Shown here: one piece after another, positions 55,406-64,000 of the stretch
Layout: each line of letters begins with the position of its first letter
How positions within the stretch are numbered: the first letter of the stretch is position 1
From: the human T2T-CHM13v2.0 reference genome, Homo sapiens
Direction: 5' to 3' (one strand)
DNA: 64,000 nt
Assembly: GCF_009914755.1 (NCBI RefSeq)
Contig: NC_060927.1
The notes under the pieces: model-generated
Seen by the model: only the letters and a program-made list of their open reading frames with translations
Told to the model about the DNA's origin: nothing
Database searches by the model: none
Made by a program: the position numbers and the translations under genes

Positions 55406-58298
55406 CTACCATATTTCCCTCCAAAAAAATTTAAAAATACTTTGTCAAGGAAACTAATCACTCCGTGATCAACCGTGGGTACTTGTGAGGTTAAGGCTAG
55501 GAAGTATTTCCCTCCTTTTTTTGTGGAAGGAAGGGCAGGAGAGTGCTGGAAACAACTGTGGAGAAGTCATGGTTCTGGGTAAGACAATGTGCTCATACGC
55601 CTCCTATGTATCTGACCTAGCCTAACTCTCCCAAACCTTCTAGAAAAAAACAAATTCTTAGAAGTTAGGAGTATTCTAGAAGGTTCTAGGAAATGTTCAA
55701 CCAATCCTGGAGAGTTGACAAGCAAACTGCCCTAGAAAAGTAAATATTGTAAGTCACCAAAACATTGACAACCTTCCACACAACTTTCAAACCTAAATAT
55801 TGCTGAGGTTTTGCAGTTTGCATCCATAAAAAACACACTTTCATCATATCAATGGAAATTTGGTTTATAACAAATTGATCTTTTTCAGCATCTGAAAACC
55901 CACATATCTGAAGTCATAATCAACATGCCCAACATGTCCTGGGTATGTCTAACTCATTTTAGTTCTCTGATTTTAAAATGTTGGCTGACCTCAACTATTT
56001 TAAAAGGTTAAAATGGTATAGTCCTCACAACTGTCAGCAACTCTGTTATTAGAAAAAAAAATTGTACAATTTGAACATTTCAGTCCCAAGACCTTATCTT
56101 CTTTTCACGACAGCTAGTTCCAGGCAAGCTTGGGCAAAGCAGCCCTATGCATTTATTACTACCCTGATCGAGAAATTGAGGCTTTTAGCTGGTGAGAGAA
56201 AGAGAGAGAGAGAGAGAGAATTAGTTGTCCCCAGGACTGACATTCAAACCCTAACAAACTTTCTCTTTCTCACAGACAGAGATGGGGCAGAAATGTACCT
56301 TGAGTGCTTTGCAACCCTCAAGTATGGCCACAGCCTCACAGCTGTCTCCAGGCCCCCAGGCCCTGTCCTTCCAGACATCCCTTTACAGCAGATGCAGCTC
56401 AGCTCAGCTCACATCCTGGTTAATCCCGGAAAACATGCTCTCCATGGCTGGCACTGCCCATAGGAAGAATCAGAAGATCTCAAAGCAGCAATTTAACAAA
56501 CCCCTTCTGACTTTCAGGACTTTTAATCTAGCTTTTTATAGCATCTATAACAAAATAGACCTTATCAAAGTGTAAAAAGCACTCTTATGCTTTTTTGTAA
56601 ATGTGCATAAGCCCCTCCCACAACCCCACAGCTTCCCCCAGCGTCACTCAGCTTCTGAGCCCTTTCCTATCAACAACCCCATCCTCTGACCCCCGACAGC
56701 CTCAGCTTATCCCTCTCCTGCTCCCTGTCAAAGCATCAGTCCATCCCTGAGCCTGGTCCACCCACACTCTCCCTCGCTGACCTCTGGGATGGAGGGAAGC
56801 TAAGCCAAGGAGATTGGGTGAGGATCAGGGACCAGGTCTGCACATTTAGAGTTTATCCATGAAGCTTGTCATTGCCATGAGCAAGAATATCTTGTTATGA
56901 TGACATAACCCTTATCTCGTCAGACAGAAATATCCCATTTTGAGAGACTAAACGTAGCATGGCAGAAAATGAGAAAGATACCAAACACAGATTGTCAGGG
57001 AAAGCATTTATCAGAAGCCAATATAGTTCCAATCCCTCAGGTTTAGGGTCAGGGAGCAGGATGCAGGCCCAGGCATTGCTGCACCTAACTAAAGTCAGTC
57101 GCTCCCTGATCACAGCCAAGCTAGCTCCCCAGGCCAGACACACAGTGTCCCCTGGTGACAAGGATAGATTCTCTCCTCGCCTGGCGTAAAAGGAACATGA
57201 TACTGCCCACAGCACCATATCCTGGTTCCTTGATGATGTGCCAAAATGCAGAGCCTGAAGACACCAGCAAAACCTAAACCAAAAGGGTATACCCTAAAAG
57301 TCAAAGCTTCACCCTGCTTTTAATTCTTTCTCTCACCTGCTCACTCTTGTTCAACTGCCAATATTTATCCAGTCCTGGTAATGAGTATAATAAGGAAAAA
57401 CTCAGACATACCCAAGTTCAATTTGAAATAAAGCAATTTATTTATTTTCTTTGTTGGGTTGCATTAGACATCAAATCAGCCAGGACCACTGTTGGAATGT
57501 GCCAAGAGGTGTTCTTTCAGCCCAGCTGGGTACAGAAAATGACTATTTCCAGGTAAAAGTATCATGAAGTCCCTGCCATGATAACTCTTAGTCTTACAGG
57601 GGAACTCCAGCAGACAAAGGGGACACAGAATGTTCTGAAAGTGAGCAGGAAAGAGAACCGTGGAGCATCATAAGCAAAGCAGGCCATCAAGGTACTATAA
57701 ACACTTGAAAGAGAATACTTCCTTTGAGATGTTAACCTGTGTTCTGCTCAGCACTGTTTTCCTCTCATTGGATTTCATGCAAGCAGCCTTTGTAATTCTT
57801 TACCTCAGGGCATTTTTGCAGAGCCAGGGACAGAAGCTACTTGAGGTCAGAAACCTGTTCTGTTCTCTGTAACAACCCTCTGATGAGGAAATACTGGGTG
57901 TCCCATAAACAATGGAAAGAGGGCTCTTATGCTGGCAACGAGAGAGTGCAGGGCAGAACTCCTGATGGTAAAAATGTCTATGAGCCCCATGAGTTTATGG
58001 GGACAGTATTCCAAGTAGGTCCTAAGACCTCGAGGGGATACTGGGGTCAGGGGGCTGGACCAGTGACCCAAAGCACCAGGCCTCCTGGCCTCACCAAAGA
58101 TTATGGTGTCTCAAGTGAAACGTAAACAGGCCTCAGCACTAGCCAGTGTGGACCCATGGCTCATGACTGGAGAGGTTTTCCCCTTTGCGTATCTCCATGA
58201 AGGACCCCCAGGACCTTGGCACAACCCCAGGGTGAAGAGATGCCCACAGTTATACCAGAGGTGAAACTTCCTGTCAGCCTAGCAGCATGGGGCTTCTA

Positions 58299-58662
<364 letters not shown>

Positions 58663-60173
58663 TTAAAGACTCAGGTTTATACCACCCCAAACACTTGGGC
58701 AGGACCAGACTTTGCAAAACCTGCTACTAGAATTATAGGGACCTAGGAGGAAATATAAGATGGAGACTGAGGACAAAGACTCAGAAGTAAGGAATTAAAA
58801 TCCAAGCATTTAAAACCCATAGCCACACACAGTCCCCATAGTGGACCAAGACAAACCTAGTATTTGACCTGCATTAGTGAAGAGTGACTGGATCCTTAGT
58901 GAGGGGCACCTGGAAACACAAATCAGAGCCTCTGATTAGCAGCTACAGCTGTTGTGTGTGGTCACTTTGCCCTTTGAGTTCTAAATAAAATTGGCTCAGG
59001 CATATTTCTCACAAGGTATAGGAGGTTTGGTGAATTTCTGGGAATGCATAATCAGAATATTTTTCTTAAGAAGACCAGGAGAACTGGCAGGGTCTCTAAG
59101 ATTTTTGTCTTCCTTTCCAGACAGGCCTTATGTGAGACTTAGATGTATAGTCAGTTTTGTTCTCAAAAGGCAATTACTCAATTGTCAAAACTCATCAAAC
59201 TAAACACTTAAGATCAGTGTGTTTTATTATATGTTAATTAGCCCTCAACTTAAAAAAAAGCCACACTTGTTATGGGAGTCCCTAAAATCTGGAAGCATAG
59301 ATATATGTATGTCATCAAAGATATCTTCAATCTGATGTTATAATGTCTACAAGTCCCACACTTGACGATGCCCTAGATTGAGTTACATTATTGGAGACTG
59401 AATGTATATAATATTGTCAGTCTACAGCATGAGTTCAATCTATTTCAACAATAGGGATTACCTGGGCCAGACAGACCCAGGTGAACAGCCCCTAGTACAA
59501 TGCCAGCATGACAATGTACATAGGTTTTGCACTATGGTTGGGGGGAAATTCTGGTGTTTTTAAAAACTGGATTGGAAGAGAAAGACCTAAGCTGTGTTAC
59601 TCATCCACTCGGCTCCCTTGAGCAAGTTTATTTCCCCTTCCTGGGCATTAGATATCCAGATGTAAGAGGAGTAAGGTGAACAAGATGATAGCTACATCTT
59701 AAACTTTATGACTCTATGTTGAATATCTCCAGAAAAACTCCGGGTGACTTTCATTATAAATCATATAAGTGAGACATCCTATAAATGAACATCCTTAAGA
59801 AGATGCTGTTATTCCAAGATTCCAAATAGAAAAACAAGCCTTAGCGTGGTTGAGGCCACATAGCAAATTGAAAACAAAGTGTCTTATGATCCCACACAAT
59901 TGAAGAGAAATGTATACTGGGATTTTCATGTTGCTAAGGGTAAAATCACCAGATTTGCATTTTAAAGACCCTTTTGACTGTTTGCAGACTAGAGCAGAAA
60001 GGACTTATACCTCTGCCTTAGCATGAGAATTGACCAGCTAGCCTGCAAGTGTGGGGCTCTGGAGTGGACTAGCTTAGAAAGATCCAGTCTGCCTGTATCT
60101 AGGGAGGTACAAAGGTCTCCCCAGCAAACCACTGGCTATCAGGCTGGGGCCAGCATTGCTTTTACAGCCCAGG

Positions 60174-60222
<49 letters not shown>

Positions 60223-60273
60223 ATATATATATATGTGTATATATATATATATATATGTATGTATATATATATA
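60174..60273. repeat. Compound microsatellite (A)n(TA)n(TG)n(TA)n
   Basis: Directly visible in the sequence. Confidence 0.95.
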
Positions 60274-61191
60274 GAACATAGCCCAAGGACCAAACTGCAG
60301 CCCAGCAGTCACTTGCCTGTGCTTTATTAGGCTAAGCTTGGCTGACTCGGCCCAGATAAGGTCATCACATAGAGGGTATTTTTTAAAGATTAAAAAGCAA
60401 CAAACCCACTGCAATGCAACACCAGTAAATTATATCTCATAGACGACCAACGCACCCAGGACTGCAGGCCCTGTGTGATTCCAATGTCAAGAGCACCACC
60501 TGCTGCCCAGGCTGTGCAAAGCCTGGTTTGTCTTTCCTTTCTCTTCAACATCAACAAAATGTGCTTCAATGGAGAGGGTCTCAAACTGAATGAGTATGCT
60601 ATCAAAGTCCAAGATGTGTGATCTGTTGCATTATTTTTCACTTTTATAATAAATTTTTAAAGTTAATCCAAACATATGCCAGGTTGTCAGACTGATAAAG
60701 TAAAGGAAAATCATAAAACCAGATTCCAGACCTTTATTTTGCATTGTTAGGATATTGCTAGGAGGTCGTGGCAGGTGCTGTTATTTTAATTGTTGAAGGT
60801 TAATGAAACAGAACAGAAGTGGACTAACTCATTAAGGAAGCATTTATACTAACAAAAGCCAAAGGACTCAGCTGCAAGCTCCACAGTGATTACGGAAAAG
60901 TGATGTGAGACTTAAGTGATGCAGGGTTCACAAGGGTGTAAGCACACCTAACTCAAAAGAACCTGAGACAGAGCAGTTAGGAGCTTGTTTGTAGCATGAA
61001 AAATAAGAAAGAAAAGCATCATCTACCCCATTAAGTTGACATAGATTATTGATGTAGTTTTATTTTAACTTAATTTGCAATGTTATTTTGCTTTATGATT
61101 ATTGATTACAAGGGTAAGAAATGTATACCTAGTATTGTTTGAAATATTTAAGTTTCATTGTATAAAATGATTTAATTACTTCTAACTGGTC

Positions 61192-61194
<3 letters not shown>

Positions 61195-61238
<44 letters not shown>

Positions 61239-61262
61239 CTCTCTCTCTCACTCACACACACA
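61195..61262. repeat. (CT)n/(CA)n microsatellite
   Basis: Directly visible in the sequence. Confidence 0.95.
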
Positions 61263-61351
61263 GTATTATTTGTTAAATGAATTAGTAAGTAATATCAACA
61301 CAGAGAGTTTGCCAGAATTTCTTTCCTCTAAAAAAGATCCATACGTGACTC

Positions 61352-61739
61352 AGTATTAGTCAGGTTTTGGCTGAGATAGTGCCATGCTGTGTAACAACCC
61401 CAATGTTTCAATGACTTACAGTAACAACGATTTGTTTTCCTCATTCACGTGTCTGCAGGTCACTTAGGGCCACTCTGCATCAGTCTACAGGCCAGGTTCA
61501 TGTCTGCTCCATGTGTCTCTCATCTGTGAACCAGAAGTTCTCAGGACATGCAGACGGCAGAAGCACGAGAGGCCAAACAGGCAAATATATGTAAAGCCTC
61601 TGCTCATATCTCATTGGCCAAAGCCAGTCACATGGCTAACATCAATGGAGGAGAGAAGCACATTCCCTCCCACGAAGGTTGCCTAGGATGAGGGAGAGGT
61701 GGAAAGGTAGAATTATGGGTAAATAATACATCTATTGCA
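61352..61739 (-). mobile_element. Old MLT1 (H/I-type) LTR
   Basis: gtattagtcag...tgctgtgtaacaacccc ... cattggccaaagccagtcacatggc. Confidence 0.7.
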
Positions 61740-61922
61740 GATCCACATTTTAGAAGCACTGCTTTCAAGGAAAGGAATAATTTACTTTCCCACTACTTCC
61801 TTTAAAAAAATGTAGCACCTCCAATCCAAGTGGTAAATTAAGTCCATGTAATTTATTCTCTTCCCCCATCAAATCTCCATCAAAATAACAAAATAAACTT
61901 CAGGGTAAGAAATTCTAAGTCA

Positions 61923-62220
<298 letters not shown>

Positions 62221-62894
62221 CTAAATCCTAACAGGTTTCTTAACAGGAAGCCAGAGAAGGGCTTTAAGCCTAAAACTTAAAAACTGAAATAGGGGTTAAA
62301 CTGATAAAGGGAACCTGGAAGAAGTGCTGTCCTTTTCACCATCTGCTACATGGACGTCTAAGAAGGGCTCAACTGGGCATGAAGTGATGGGATGCCAGGA
62401 ACCTGGCTTTCACCTGAGCTTGGGACCAAAGAAGTTAGAGATGGAGGTGGATGGTGCTTGCAGTCAGTGGAGAACAATGCCTTGCAGGAGTGGCCCTGTG
62501 GCCTGTTGCCAAGGTCCCAAGGAATGGAATTGAGGGTGACCTCAGCTCTCATTGGTGATCATCCTGCATACACTGTACATGGGGATAGTCAGCCCTAGGG
62601 TACATAGGCCCTGCTGGTAATGACTCCTGCCATTGGCCACTGGGCTGGGTGGTGAGAAGACCTTGCTCTTGGCAGCCTTGGGCTGCTGACATGGACATGG
62701 AAGAGAAAATGCTCAAAGGTGGCACTCCTATGGTAAGATGCCTCCCTCCATGGAGAGGAAGCCCTCCACTGACCCTCAATGGACCTGCCCGAGTGTCCAG
62801 TATTATGCAAATGAGACCAGTCTTGTCTATGAAAATAAACAATGGGAATAATCACAGGATGTGAGAAATGACTCCACAGTTTAAAAGAAGCAGC

Positions 62895-63191
62895 CCATCT
62901 GGGCACAGTGGCTCACTCCTATAATCCCAGCACTTTGAGAGGCTGAGGCAGGAGAATCACTTGAGCCCAGGAGTTTGAGCCCAGCCTGGGCAGTGTGGTG
63001 TAACCCCATCTCTACAAAAAATACAAAACTTAGCCGGGCATGATGGTGTGTACCTGTAGTCCCAGCTACTGGGGAGACCAAGGCGGGAGGATTGATTGAG
63101 TCCAGGTGGTCAGGGCTAGAGTGAGCAGTGATTGTGCCACTGTACTCCAGCCTGAGTGACAAAGTGAGACCCTGTTTCAAAAAAAAAAAAA
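62895..63191 (+). mobile_element. AluJ
   Basis: Dimeric Alu with J diagnostics; A and (gaa)n tail. Confidence 0.88.
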
Positions 63192-63759
63192 GAAGAAGAA
63201 GCCCATACTAACTAAACTATTGCAACTCTGGCACATGGATTCGCAGGCTAATGAAACAGAATATGGCCTAGATATAGACTTAATGCATAAGAAAATGTAG
63301 TATATAATAAATGAGGTATTCTTGAAATTTTTTTTAAAAATGAATAGATAAATAAGAATTGTGTCAGAACAAGTGATTAGCTCCTGGAGGAGAAAAATAG
63401 AGCTGGATTCCCTATTTAACTCCTTGCACCAAAAAAAATTCTGGATGGATGAAATATTTACTGTTTAAATATTTAATAAGTGTATACACAGGAGGGTGTC
63501 TTAATATTTAATCTTGGTGTGAGGAAGACCTCTCTAAGCAATCTACCAACATCAGAACCCAAAACAGAAGGCCAGGGAGTGAGACTATCAGAAGATCATG
63601 TTTCCTTGAAAGGAAAGCTTACCGGGCTGTGCTCCAGAGTGATGGGCAGAAAGTAGGGAAGTAGCACTTAGGGATGGCACTAGACACTCTAACCATTTCC
63701 TACACACCCAAGACCCTCCTCTTCTTTGAAATCTACCCACACTCATTCTCCTCTAAAAA

Positions 63760-64000
63760 GGCCAGCCCATGTACCATGTGACCTGCCGCCACTAGCTGAC
63801 ACAGCTAATTGGACTGGAGGTGGACACCTGACCCAGGCTGAGTCAGTTTCTTCCCCAGGAATTCGGATATGGAACCCTGAGAATTTCTTTCCTCTAAAAA
63901 AGATCCATACATGACTCAGTATCAATCAGATTAGCTCTAAGGAGACAAGCTGTAAGGTAATGGAGGCTTGGGGGCCAGAGCGGGCTCCAAGACACCCATA
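63760..64000 (+). mobile_element. Old MLT1 (K/L-type) LTR fragment running off the window
   Basis: attggactggaggtggacacctgacccaggctg...caagctgtaag. Confidence 0.5.

Noticed and set aside
62330-62830. GC-richer stretch with overlapping ORFs (possible ERV internal remnant or exon)
   Set aside because: No recognisable protein motif and no clear paired splice sites.

Overview
Primate (very likely human) non-coding genomic DNA, dominated by interspersed repeats. I can support no intact protein-coding gene: the ORF-track entries are L1, MaLR, Tigger or Alu remnants, or chance ORFs. Main contents are a near full-length decayed L1PB1 (~12.2-18.7 kb), large nested clusters of old L1s (26-33 kb and 36.5-47.8 kb), and a 5'-truncated young L1PA. 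There is also a complete two-LTR MSTA element, LTR15 nested in LTR8, many solo LTRs, about 11 Alus, and DNA transposons (MER44/Tigger7, MER5, MER81, MER103). Two Pol III retropseudogenes are present: a full-length 7SK copy and a tailless BC200 copy. The most notable unexplained structure is (i) a chain of good minus-strand splice sites at 6.7-11 kb suggesting a spliced lncRNA, (ii) a perfect 40-bp inverted repeat at an L1PB4 3' end that predates an AluS insertion, and (iii) several locally templated insertions. Repeat family names come from remembered consensus sequences, not a search, and boundaries of old elements are approximate. I found no evidence for a new multi-gene system.
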